In this document: positions 31,669-41,575 of the stretch, in pieces
Numbering within the stretch: the stretch's first letter is position 1
Layout of the letters: each line of letters begins with the position of its first letter
Position numbers and translations under genes: made by a program
Notes under the pieces: generated by a model
Database searches by the model: none
What the model saw: only the letters and a program-made list of their open reading frames with translations
Told to the model about the DNA's origin: nothing
Source of the DNA: Saccharolobus islandicus REY15A
GTDB taxonomy: Archaea > Thermoproteota > Thermoprotei_A > Sulfolobales > Sulfolobaceae
Reading direction: 5' to 3' (one strand)
Length of the DNA: 64,000 nt
Assembly (NCBI RefSeq): GCF_000189555.1
Contig: NC_017276.1

Positions 31669-32084
31669 CTGAGCATGGTGTTAAACTTTTTGATAATCTA
31701 GTGCTTTTAATTATCTTCTTGCTCCTAAGGAAATTTAGTGTTAGTTAAGATCGAATAATCTGGTCGAGTCTCTTAATACATTACTTGAGCGTAGACGTTT
31801 TGGTAAGTTCCACTTGCCTTGGAGCATTCTACAAATAGTCAAGACGATTACCTCAGAGACAATTCATTAACCTCTTTTCTCATCTTAGTAATAATATTAT
31901 ACTAATCCTCATTACTCTCAATAACACAATATATAATTAATTATTTCTTCATAGAATTATTCTTATTGAGCGAAATAAAGCGAATTCACAAAGGAAAGCT
32001 GAATCGCCCTTGACTGAGATAAAGTTAATTTAAAATAGATATAGATACCTAAATTACAAGATTGCTTATTATCACTACTATCTT

Positions 32085-33548
32085 TTATTTAGAAGTTAAT
32101 TTAAAATTTCTTAACCTATAGTAGGCTCTTACCAATTTATTAAGCAACTTACTTTTATAAGTATATTGTATTAACTCTTTATGCGATTTATAATACTTTA
32201 CTTGATTTTTAACTTTAGAAGTGCAAATTATAACTCCCCTAGCGGATGATATAAATGAACAGTCAAATTTTCTGTTTAAGAACTCATATATTTCCATCAA
32301 ACTTTGGATATTTTCATAGTTACCAGTTACTATTATTAATGATCTTGAAGAAAGTTTACTTATCAATTGCTTGAATATTTTTTTATTAACATAATAAAAT
32401 GAGTTAAATATTAGACAATCTATAGACATCTCAGAATTTAACAGATCATCGTATTTGTTTATCTTAATTGTTAAATGTTCGTCTGATATATTAGGGTTTA
32501 CATTCAATAAAATCTCTAGGTTACCAAAGTTATTGTCTTCTAGTGCTTTTTTTATAATATTTTCTGTGAAATCTCCGGGTCCAGATAGTATTACACATAA
32601 ATGAGGCTTGAATGATCGTATTAGTGAATATATTAATTCTAAGTTTTCGATTTCAGGAGTTATTGCATTAATACAACTCCACGATTGACTATCTAATATC
32701 TTATCTTTAAAAATTATAGGCTTAAAAATATTAGATAGTTCAGGCTGAATAAGAGGGCTTATACTTAATATACTTTTTCTTTGTGGTTTAATTTTTTTAT
32801 TGTAATATTCTATTCTCCTTAACAATCCTTGATATCCTAAACCCTTTTTTGAGTCATAGTTTTTTTTGTAATATTCTATTCTCCTTAACATCTCATTATA
32901 TGAATGTCCTAAGTTTCGAACTAGATAATATGGAGCCCAAGCTACAACATACCCTAGTCTTAATATGTCCTCTGATAATCTCGCATCGTCTGGAAAAAGA
33001 AATTCTTCGGTTTTAATAGTATGAACTCTCACTCCTTTTTCCCAAATTTCTCTTCTTATAACGCTAGTAGTACCAACATTGCCTAGTGCTTCATATATTA
33101 TTTCCCCCTCTCTATACCATATCCTCCTTATTGGATGTACTACCCAAACTTCATCATCAGTTGGAACTGGGGAGAATAGTGATAGTTGTCCTAATTTATC
33201 GAACGTTTGGAATAGTTTAACTACCTTCGTAGACCAACCTGGTAAATATTCTATATCGTTCTCGCTTATATGAAGGAGTTTTCCTTTTGCTTCGTTTAAC
33301 CCAAGATTTATAGCTTCCCCTCCAATGTTCTTATCTAGTAATATTATCTTATTAATTTTATTTCCGTGCTTAGCTTTAAGCTCTTCGATAATTTTCCTAG
33401 AATTATCGGTAGAACCATTATCAACTATTATTAACTCATATGGAACCTCTACAGTTTTTAAATAACTTTCCACAGTAATTTTAAGCAAATCGGATCTATT
33501 CCAATTTAGAATGACTGTACTTATCACTATATTGTTATCCTCTGCCAT
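32085..33548 (-). CDS. GT2 glycosyltransferase fused to a degenerate class I methyltransferase-like C-terminal domain
   Basis: ILNWNR, VDNGSTD, ISENDIEY; the C-terminal LIYSLIRSFKP...ALEDNNFG resembles a Methyltransf_24 start but motif I is degenerate. Confidence 0.72.
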   Translation of the reverse strand: MAEDNNIVISTVILNWNRSDLLKITVESYLKTVEVPYELIIVDNGSTDNSRKIIEELKAKHGNKINKIILLDKNIGGEAINLGLNEAKGKLLHISENDIEYLPGWSTKVVKLFQTFDKLGQLSLFSPVPTDDEVWVVHPIRRIWYREGEIIYEALGNVGTTSVIRREIWEKGVRVHTIKTEEFLFPDDARLSEDILRLGYVVAWAPYYLVRNLGHSYNEMLRRIEYYKKNYDSKKGLGYQGLLRRIEYYNKKIKPQRKSILSISPLIQPELSNIFKPIIFKDKILDSQSWSCINAITPEIENLELIYSLIRSFKPHLCVILSGPGDFTENIIKKALEDNNFGNLEILLNVNPNISDEHLTIKINKYDDLLNSEMSIDCLIFNSFYYVNKKIFKQLISKLSSRSLIIVTGNYENIQSLMEIYEFLNRKFDCSFISSARGVIICTSKVKNQVKYYKSHKELIQYTYKSKLLNKLVRAYYRLRNFKLTSK

Positions 33549-33571
33549 GTCCTAATAACCTCAAACAATAT

Positions 33572-34243
33572 TTATATGTGTTTAAAATAAAAACACTCAT
33601 AGCTATTAGAGGCAAGTTTCTTAACTTTTTCTTGCATATATGAGATTTGGCTCTTATGCTCTTCCAATGCTTGTTTTTTAAGTTCAATATCATTCACTTT
33701 AAAACAAATATATTTAAAGGAAAGCTTTATTTTCAATTCTAATAGGAGACTCTTAAGGTTAGCAAGATTAAAGATGTTAGAAATATCTGGCTTATGGATA
33801 GTATACATAAATAAGTCTAATCCCTTTAACTTATAACTAGCAGTTGTTCTACTTTTCCTATGTATAATAGAGAGAACTATATTTCCGATTTCGGAATGAT
33901 CAGGATGAATATCAAATGGAGAAGGAAAGTAAATTGCATTTATGTCCGTTTGGAGCAATAGTTTAGACAATTGATTATAAACATTATCCCTATATTTCTT
34001 AACATTACCGTCTTCATTATTAAGAAAGACTATGTTGTCATCTTTTACACCTAATCTATGCAGTGCATTATATGCCTCGCTCATACGTTTTAAAGCTAAT
34101 TTCGGCCCTCGTTCCTCTGGCTTTGGGGAACCTTTGCTCCCATCAGTAACAAATATAATTTTGGTATTCTCGTGATTTTTATGGATTATGCCAGCACAAC
34201 ATAATATATCATCATCAGGATGAGGAGCTATTATCATCATCAT
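33572..34243 (-). CDS. PIG-L/LmbE-family N-acetyl-sugar deacetylase
   Basis: IIAPHPDDD, VTDG, R..E, DIHPDH, K..AL..HKSQ. Confidence 0.88.
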   Translation of the reverse strand: MMMIIAPHPDDDILCCAGIIHKNHENTKIIFVTDGSKGSPKPEERGPKLALKRMSEAYNALHRLGVKDDNIVFLNNEDGNVKKYRDNVYNQLSKLLLQTDINAIYFPSPFDIHPDHSEIGNIVLSIIHRKSRTTASYKLKGLDLFMYTIHKPDISNIFNLANLKSLLLELKIKLSFKYICFKVNDIELKKQALEEHKSQISYMQEKVKKLASNSYECFYFKHI

Positions 34244-34378
34244 ATGTTCGTATTAATTATTTAGTTTAAAAAATCTTTTCATGTAATAGATGACATGTCA
34301 GTTTTAATAATCTAGATTGATAAAAACTATCATGATATTTACTATGAATTCAATGACTAAAAGAATATTAAGATACTC

Positions 34379-35365
34379 TCAATGTTTCTTTTTAGCGAGA
34401 ATCATCCCATAATACTTTCCTTGCTCTTCACCAGGTCTATAGTAAACCTCGATTGTGTAATCCTGTTTTAATTTGTCTATTAATAAATGATGAGAAATCC
34501 CTGTCTCTTTTTCATGATAATGAAAGTTTATTATTTCAAATTGTCTTATTGTATCATAATCTTTTAATATAATATCATATTCGCATCCTTCACAGTCCAT
34601 TTTTAATATATATGGATCGTCTGGAAGGATTTCAGACAACGTAAACGTGGGAATATCTTCTTCCATGGTATACTCTTGGTTTATTAACGAGAAGCTCCCA
34701 GATCCATATAGTGGATAGCATCTCGGGATTTTCATGTATTTTTTAGCTTTATTTGATACTAAAGCTCCTCTTATAAAATTCACACTATTTACATTATTTA
34801 TTTTTAAGTGCGTTTTTGCCAGATTATAAGGTAAACTAAGTGGTTCTACACTAATTACATTTCTCGCTCCATGTAGTTTATAGAATATTGCAGTGTCCCC
34901 TATACTTCCTCCGATATCAACTACGTCTCTACCTTTAATTCCTTCAACATAATAAATATTATAGTTAAACGAATGCATTACCCCAATTAGCATTACAAGA
35001 AATTTAACTTTCCCATTAGTCCATAAACCGTCTTCTATTCTCCATCCTAATTCCTTAGCCTCTTCAGAAAGATTTAGAGCTAAAATTAAATTATCATTAA
35101 AATAATCATTACAGCTAAATATTCTGACTTCATTATTTATTATTATCTGGTTTCCTGATACTTCTATTGATGATATCTTATTACTTAAAATAGAGTAGGC
35201 AAGTTGTTCAAACAATCTTCTACTAACCTTTACGGCTTGTCCGTTTATTTTAAGTTCAATAAACTCTTTCTTTTCAATGTATTGTAGCAACGTGGAATAA
35301 GTGTTGTCAAAAAAATTGCTTAACTTCCTTATATTTCTAAGCTCTTTTATGTACTTTAATTTCAT
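34379..35365 (-). CDS. FkbM-family methyltransferase (real start ATG 35365, TAATG-coupled to the upstream stop)
   Basis: VVDIGGSIGDTA, ISVEP, LKMDCEGCE; MKLKYIKELR start resembles 8783..9691. Confidence 0.86.
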   Translation of the reverse strand: MKLKYIKELRNIRKLSNFFDNTYSTLLQYIEKKEFIELKINGQAVKVSRRLFEQLAYSILSNKISSIEVSGNQIIINNEVRIFSCNDYFNDNLILALNLSEEAKELGWRIEDGLWTNGKVKFLVMLIGVMHSFNYNIYYVEGIKGRDVVDIGGSIGDTAIFYKLHGARNVISVEPLSLPYNLAKTHLKINNVNSVNFIRGALVSNKAKKYMKIPRCYPLYGSGSFSLINQEYTMEEDIPTFTLSEILPDDPYILKMDCEGCEYDIILKDYDTIRQFEIINFHYHEKETGISHHLLIDKLKQDYTIEVYYRPGEEQGKYYGMILAKKKH

Positions 35366-36270
35366 TACATATACCCATGTCTCCTCAGTATCTCCATTAT
35401 GTTCTCCTTGTCTTGTGCTCTTCCGGCTCTTTCTGGAGTGTTTTCTAGGTCTTGTTCCCATGCAGGTTTAGTATCTGTAGGTTTGGTCTCATATTTATCG
35501 TCAATACTCCTAAATCCCTTATAATAAAGTGGATGAATAGGCAATTTGTTTGCTAAAATAAAATCCCAAACGTCTCTCTCAGTGAATAGTAGAATGGGGT
35601 GAACTCTGAAATGTTTTGGATCTTCTCGGATTGAGAAGAAAGTTTCTGTTGAACGTGCAGGATTTTCGTCCCATCTATCTCCGACTACTAAAGCATCTAT
35701 ATTATATTCTATAATTGCTTCTTTAAGTGGAACAGTCTTTAGAAGGTGATTTGCTGCAATATTGTTTAACGCATAAGGGAAAGTATCTTTAGAATATCCT
35801 ATCTTTTCTAACTCTTTTTTATCCTTTTCTGAAAGATCAGTTATTTTTATTATATCTCCATAATTGTGTCCTTTTAGCCTTTCGTTACCTTTGACTATTA
35901 AGTTAACGTTCCAATCTTTCTTTACTTTATCAATAAATTCCCATGTTTCATCGAAATGCATGTAATGGTCGATTATTATTGCTTCTAATGGTTTACCTAA
36001 TCTTTCAGAAACTTTCTTAGCGAAATATAATGACAATGTACTGTCTTTTCCACCGCTCCAAACTACCACAACATTTTTAAAAGTATTGTATGCCGCTTCA
36101 ATAACTAATTCAGCAATCTTTGCCTTATATTCAAGAGGCAAATATTCTACTCTTCTTTTATTTTTATTCTGTAATAATGATATAATGTAACTTTCTGGAG
36201 TTAATCCTGTTGAAGATGCTATCTCATATAATTGCTCTGCTATTTTTCCTCGTAAAGTTATACTTGACAT
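35365..36270 (-). CDS. CysD-like sulfate adenylyltransferase (PAPS_reduct fold) with an N-terminal RHH-like segment
   Basis: WSGGKDS PP-loop, G.RWDE..AR, RVHPI..FTERDVW, ERAGRAQDK..ME...GYM; the protein contains no Cys. Confidence 0.72.
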   Translation of the reverse strand: MSSITLRGKIAEQLYEIASSTGLTPESYIISLLQNKNKRRVEYLPLEYKAKIAELVIEAAYNTFKNVVVVWSGGKDSTLSLYFAKKVSERLGKPLEAIIIDHYMHFDETWEFIDKVKKDWNVNLIVKGNERLKGHNYGDIIKITDLSEKDKKELEKIGYSKDTFPYALNNIAANHLLKTVPLKEAIIEYNIDALVVGDRWDENPARSTETFFSIREDPKHFRVHPILLFTERDVWDFILANKLPIHPLYYKGFRSIDDKYETKPTDTKPAWEQDLENTPERAGRAQDKENIMEILRRHGYM

Positions 36271-36562
36271 TTATAAATATCTACATAGATTGTTAATTTA
36301 AGCTTTTTCTTTCATAATTCTTAGTTTACAGTTTATGATTACAGAAATATGTTATTTGAGTTCAAGTAAAAGCATAAGATAAGGAGTATTATCAATAATT
36401 TTTATAATATAGTTAAAACTGCTATATCTATATTATTCGATTTTATGCATGCAAACCCTTACAAAAGTAAAGAGCATAATAATAAAATGTAATATAACCG
36501 TAACTAATACATACTATTCTGTAGCTTTAGATTTAAAATATTGTATATGTACATTTATTTAG

Positions 36563-37984
36563 ATGAATCCTATAAAGAACGCGTTTAAGAGCCTTAGCGT
36601 CACTACTACTAACGTTATAGTTGCTCTAATCTTCTTTATTATTACAGCTAAAATCACTAACCCGGCATTCTTCGGAAAAGTCGCAATAATCCAACTTATT
36701 GAAGTAGTAACTTCTACCTTCTTTTACATTATCCCCGGCCAAATAATAACTAGGGAAATCTCTTACCTTTACGCTAAGAAAGAGGTTAATAAGAAAGTCA
36801 TAGGAAAATTCCTATCATTCCCTTTCCTCGCCTTACCGTTTTTCTCAGTCCTACTCCTTTTCCCTAATTACGTTAAGTTAGCAATACCTTACCTTTTCCT
36901 TTACCTTCTGAATGGTGACATTGGGACAGTAATGATAGGAATGGACATGTTTACAGAAGGAGCAATAACAGGAAACCTCTTCCTAATAATAAGGTGGGGG
37001 ATCTCAATAATTGCTGTCCTCTCTCACAACATTTACCTCTTCATTGAAATATGGACTTTAGGAGGAATCCTCTCTGTCTCTATGAACTACGCCTTTCTCA
37101 GTAGGAAAGTTGGTTTAATTTTGCCATCTTTTGACTTCGCTTTTCTCTTTAAACACTTCAAGGAAGGCTTACCTCTTTACTTGTCTTCTTCAGCAACTTT
37201 CCTCTCTTCACAAGGTGATAGAGTTACGACTGCCTACTTGTTAGGCTCTTACTACCTGGGTTTATACCAGTTTTCCGCCTTAGTAGCTGGAGTGCCTTCA
37301 ATGGTTTTAGGGGCTTTAGGAGGTGTTCTATTACCTACAGCATCATTTTATAAGGCTTTGGGAAAGGACGAGAGGAGGATGTCGTCAATTTCCTTCCGCG
37401 TGTTGTCCCTAATTACATTTCTCGTCGTCATTATCTCTATACCGATTGCTGTCTTAGTCGTGGAAAAGTTTTTCCCAGATTATACTAAAGGTCTTGAAGC
37501 CCTGATCCTCCTCCTTTTAGCTAATACTTTGCCTTTTCCCATAGGCGCTTTAACCAATTTCATAATAGCAGCTAAGAAGTCGTTAAGGCCATTCCTCTTC
37601 CTTTCCTTGCTTAACGGTAGTCTAGTCTTAATCACCTCTTTCCTCTTAATTCCTAGATTAGGAATTATTGGAGGCGCGATTTCTCAGGTAATAGTCTCTG
37701 CAATTTCCTCTTCTTTCGTCTTATCCTACGCTTTGAGGGAGGGCGTCTTTGTCCCAGCTAAGAGGGAGAAGGTGCTGTTGATATTCATGCCTTTAATAGG
37801 ATTATATGAGGTTTTCGTAGACCCTCCCTATCTAGACTTCTTGTTACTGTTGTTCATCTTTATCCTCTTTAATAAAGTGATTACTTTAGATGACGTGAAA
37901 TTGATTGAATCGTTTTTGCCTTCTAAATTGAAGTTCATAACGTCGTTATTAAAGGTGTTTAGTGGAGGGAGAGAAAGTCAATAA
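36563..37984 (+). CDS. Wzx/MurJ-like polysaccharide flippase
   Basis: About 12-14 TM helices; QGDR...YLLGSYYLGLYQ signature. Confidence 0.85.
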   Translation: MNPIKNAFKSLSVTTTNVIVALIFFIITAKITNPAFFGKVAIIQLIEVVTSTFFYIIPGQIITREISYLYAKKEVNKKVIGKFLSFPFLALPFFSVLLLFPNYVKLAIPYLFLYLLNGDIGTVMIGMDMFTEGAITGNLFLIIRWGISIIAVLSHNIYLFIEIWTLGGILSVSMNYAFLSRKVGLILPSFDFAFLFKHFKEGLPLYLSSSATFLSSQGDRVTTAYLLGSYYLGLYQFSALVAGVPSMVLGALGGVLLPTASFYKALGKDERRMSSISFRVLSLITFLVVIISIPIAVLVVEKFFPDYTKGLEALILLLLANTLPFPIGALTNFIIAAKKSLRPFLFLSLLNGSLVLITSFLLIPRLGIIGGAISQVIVSAISSSFVLSYALREGVFVPAKREKVLLIFMPLIGLYEVFVDPPYLDFLLLLFIFILFNKVITLDDVKLIESFLPSKLKFITSLLKVFSGGRESQ

Positions 37985-38099
37985 GTAATTATTGATAGTT
38001 GACTTAAGCTAATGACTTGCGAGATTAGTTTTTCCGTCTATAGCCTGATACTATTTATTAAATGATGAAGAACAAGTATTTAAAAGGAGAGAGGTCTTC

Positions 38100-38819
38100 A
38101 TGATTTTCACTTACGGCAAAACTAAGCTGAAAATTCCAGAGGGTTACGAATACGTCTATTACGCTACTTTCATAGCAGGTGAATGGGACTTTTTAAAGGT
38201 TAAGGACACTGACACAGTACTTAATGCGGGCGCATTTATAGGGGACTTCACTGTAAAGATTGCTAGGAAAGCTAAGGAAGTAGTAGCTGTGGAACCTTTA
38301 CCTTGGGCTTTTAAACTGTTAAAGGAGAATGTGGAGATAAACAACTTAAAGAACGTAGTGTTAGTGAACAAGGCTTTATACGACGTTGACGGCGTTAGAC
38401 TAAAAATTGTCGATGAGGGGACTGGCTCTAAGATCGGGGAAAACGGGGTTGAGGTTGAGGGCGTTACTGTGGACTCTTTAGGTAAGTTCTCGGTTGTGAA
38501 GATGGACATTGAAGGCGCTGAGGGAAAGGTAATGAAAAACGGGGAGTGGTTAGACCACGTTAAGCAAATAGCTATTGAACTCCACGGTAGGGAGAACATA
38601 GAGGCTATACCGCAGTTGTTAAGGAACAAAGGTTTTGTGATCAGATTCATGACTGGGGATGACCTAGTCAAAAACGCGCTCAAGAACTCCTTCCTCCACC
38701 CCATCTCGTTTATAAAAGCTGAGGCGAGGACTAAAGTGGTCTTGAACTACTTCAAGAGGAAGTACGACGTGCCGGCTTTGAGTAGGGAGGAGTATAAGAT
38801 ACTTTACGGTAGGAAATGA
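38100..38819 (+). CDS. FkbM-family methyltransferase
   Basis: VLNAGAFIGDFT, VAVEP, VKMDIEGAE, IELH. Confidence 0.86.
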   Translation: MIFTYGKTKLKIPEGYEYVYYATFIAGEWDFLKVKDTDTVLNAGAFIGDFTVKIARKAKEVVAVEPLPWAFKLLKENVEINNLKNVVLVNKALYDVDGVRLKIVDEGTGSKIGENGVEVEGVTVDSLGKFSVVKMDIEGAEGKVMKNGEWLDHVKQIAIELHGRENIEAIPQLLRNKGFVIRFMTGDDLVKNALKNSFLHPISFIKAEARTKVVLNYFKRKYDVPALSREEYKILYGRK

Positions 38820-39129
38820 GTTACGGGAAACGTCTTAACATATCATCCCGTTCGAGCAACGAATGTCCTCAACATAATTGAATTAATTATGACCTACACA
38901 CCTTCAAGTTCAGTGGTTGATATAAGTTCTGTAAATATAAAGAGAGATTTTAACTAAAGGATTAAGGAGCTTATGTGCGATGTATCCACAGACTATAAAC
39001 CTAGCTGTAAAACTATAAGCCGTTAAATTTTCAACAACAGTTAATTCTGCTTAATGTCTCATCGCTAACTAAAAATTGATGAGTCAGCAATCACTAAGGT
39101 TTATAATCCTTCACGAAGCTTGTACTACT

Positions 39130-39338
39130 ATGAAGTTACACTTATCTAATCTAGGTCCATAAAACACGGTGAAATCGAGTTAAGTGACATCACGCTTTTC
39201 GTTGGAAAACCTAACACCGGTAAAAGCACTGCGATGAAAGCATTATTCTATTCCCTTTACTGTCCAAGTTATCTTATTGAGCTGAAGCGAAACTCTTTCC
39301 AAGTGGTCTTTTGTGTGTTTGATAAAACTCTAGCGTAA
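39130..39338 (+). pseudogene. AAA_15/OLD-like ATPase N-terminal remnant
   Basis: Not in the ORF track. MKLHLSNLGP (1-nt deletion) IKHGEIELSDITLFVGKPNTGKSTAMKA contains a Walker A motif. Confidence 0.7.
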
Positions 39339-39544
39339 ATTGATACTTTATTGACCCTTCTACTACCAGGCAGCAATCTTTCAACTTCACTACCTCCACC
39401 TACCGTTAATCTCAACAGCCTTTATCTTTCCCTCCCTAATCCACTCCTACTCATGCTAAATATCTCAACAACTTCACCAGATGTTAGATACCTCTCCACA
39501 GTAACTAGAAGTATTTAAAAGTTACGTATAAGTGCTAGACTTCG

Positions 39545-40528
39545 TTATCTCAATAAAAACTTCCACAAAGGCTCTAACTCGATTTTCTTACTGTTATAAT
39601 CCATTATTTCCTCCATGTCCCACGTTACGATTTTAGGTTTGAAACCCAATGATGATGAGGCTTTAGTTAAAGCATTTAACTCCCTCTCCTCCTCATCATA
39701 AGTTACCTGTATTAACTCCCCATTTTTCTCATCTAAAAAGTTTACTTCGTAGTCCTCCCCTTTAACGAAATAAACTCCCTTGTTCTGGTTTTTCCTAAGC
39801 AAATGTATTGCGACTAAATTCTCCATTAATCTCCCCATATCCTTTTTTATAGAGACTTCTTGAATAATACCCATGTCAACTACGTAAACCTTCTTGTTTT
39901 CTGCAATTCTGCTCAACTTTCCGGTATACCTTTCCACGGAGTAAATTAAGTAACTTGAGGTCAGGCCGTAAAACCACTCGTCAACAGTTTTATAATCAAT
40001 TCTGAGCATTCTAGCAATTCTATTTAGAGAAACTTCAGAAGAGTAAAGGGAAATTATTGCTGAGGAAAAGTCCTTGAACCTAGATATCCTCTTTATCTTA
40101 AGCCTCTGTACTACGTCTTTGAACAGTATATCGTTATAAATGCTGTTGACTATTTGCCTACTGTTTAGCAGCAACGCTTCAGGAAAACCCCCTATGCTCA
40201 TGTACTCCCTTAAGTAGTTCTTGATCTCAGCCCTCTCCCTTGTGGTAAGCGGTTCGGAGTAATTAACTCCCTTAAACCTTAGAAACTCCTTGAAGGAAAA
40301 GGGGAAGAGCGTGAAGTCCACATGCCTTCCGGTTAGGCTTGTGGCCAGCTCACCGGAAAGTAACTTAGAATTACTCCCAGTTAATATTATCCTTTTAGTC
40401 TTCCTCAGCCTGCTCACAAAGGGCTCCCAACCTTGAATGTTCTGTATTTCGTCAAACAGGATGTAATCCACGTTACCGTAAAGTTCGTAAATTGCTTGTT
40501 CAACCATATGCAGATCGTCAGATTTTAA
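39545..40528 (-). pseudogene. AAA_14/DUF4143 ATPase lacking its N-terminus (Walker A), cut by the MITE
   Basis: FDEIQ Walker B, LTGSNS, LTGR, GGFPE and KKVYVVD are present; Walker A is missing. Confidence 0.82.
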
Positions 40529-40849
40529 CTTAATTAGGGGTTAAGGGGGCGAAAGTCCCCTTCCGTAAGGTAGGGGATGAATAGCCCCCTTATAGAAACC
40601 TTTTTATTGCAAAAAATAGATAATTCTTAGGCCTCGGCTGTAAGAGCTGGGCCGTACCCTTGGGACTGGGGGAACTTACGCCTGTGGAGAGCAACCCTCC
40701 GTAACCCCTCTTCCACACGGGGCATTACAGAACGGTTCCGTTCGATGGAACCTCCGCTGTGGGTGAAGGGGGATCGAGGTTGCTCTGAGAAGCAGGAAAT
40801 CCCCATCGTGAGGTGGAGATGCCCTGTCCGTAAGGGCGGGGTAGTTCAC
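40529..40849 (+). mobile_element. SMN1-type 321 bp non-autonomous IS200/IS605 derivative
   Basis: Follows TTTAA (40524-40528), ends in TTCAC; both ends match the IS605 element at 43006..45936; length 321 bp. Confidence 0.92.
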
Positions 40850-41575
40850 ACATATCCTATACCAGCAAAGAGCAATGGAAATTGGGAAGATTGAACATAA
40901 ACTAATGAAACCTCAAGTGGCGTAGGAGCATTCTTAACCTTGAGAACGATTTCCTCAGTTTTTCATAACTCCTGCTAACGTTACAATAATTACTATACGC
41001 GGTGACTCAAACTTCACTATACATTACGTTAACAACGGTAGTGCAATTTGCCTTTAACGGTTTATAGGAATTACTGCGCATTCCATACTTCTATCTAGAT
41101 GGAGGGATTATAAAAAATAAATAGAATGCTTTGTGGGATTCTTCAGTTTTTCTCAATAGGAACGTATAGCTAGCTTTTAACTCGACATAAGATTTAGAAT
41201 TTATTTTGCCATATCTAAAAAATTTTAATTAATCCGCAAACAATATAGAGGGGAATCGTCTTCTCGCGTTTTGTCTTCATTTTTAGTGGTAAATCCCTTC
41301 ACGATTAATAAATTACCTTTTACGTAATACATGGTCATAAACGTCGTTGTTGTTAGAATTAAAATCAATTTAAAAGAGATTTATGCCATAAAAATTGATG
41401 GCCAAACCTTCCGTATACTACAAAGGTTTAAATGTAGGATTGGTCAACGTTGTAATTTTTGAATTTTAATATATATATTATACAAAAAATTAAAAAATTT
41501 TCTATTAAATGCCTTAGTTCTCATAAGGCTAAAATTTAATCTGTGGATTTAATATTTACAAATACAAGTAAAAAA

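Noticed and set aside
31670-32084. ORF remnant after MITE copy 2
   Set aside because: No open frame or motif that can be supported.
35366-35461. N-terminal extension of the FkbM ORF 34379..35461
   Set aside because: It overlaps the CysD-like gene in another frame; ATG 35365 is coupled to its stop and matches the paralog start.
35365-36270. PAPS/APS reductase (cysH)
   Set aside because: No cysteines, so no catalytic thiol or Fe-S ligands; the C-terminus is CysD-like.
40850-41570. Hidden gene between SMN1 and csx1
   Set aside because: Stops in all frames; at most a degraded surface-protein remnant that I cannot assign.
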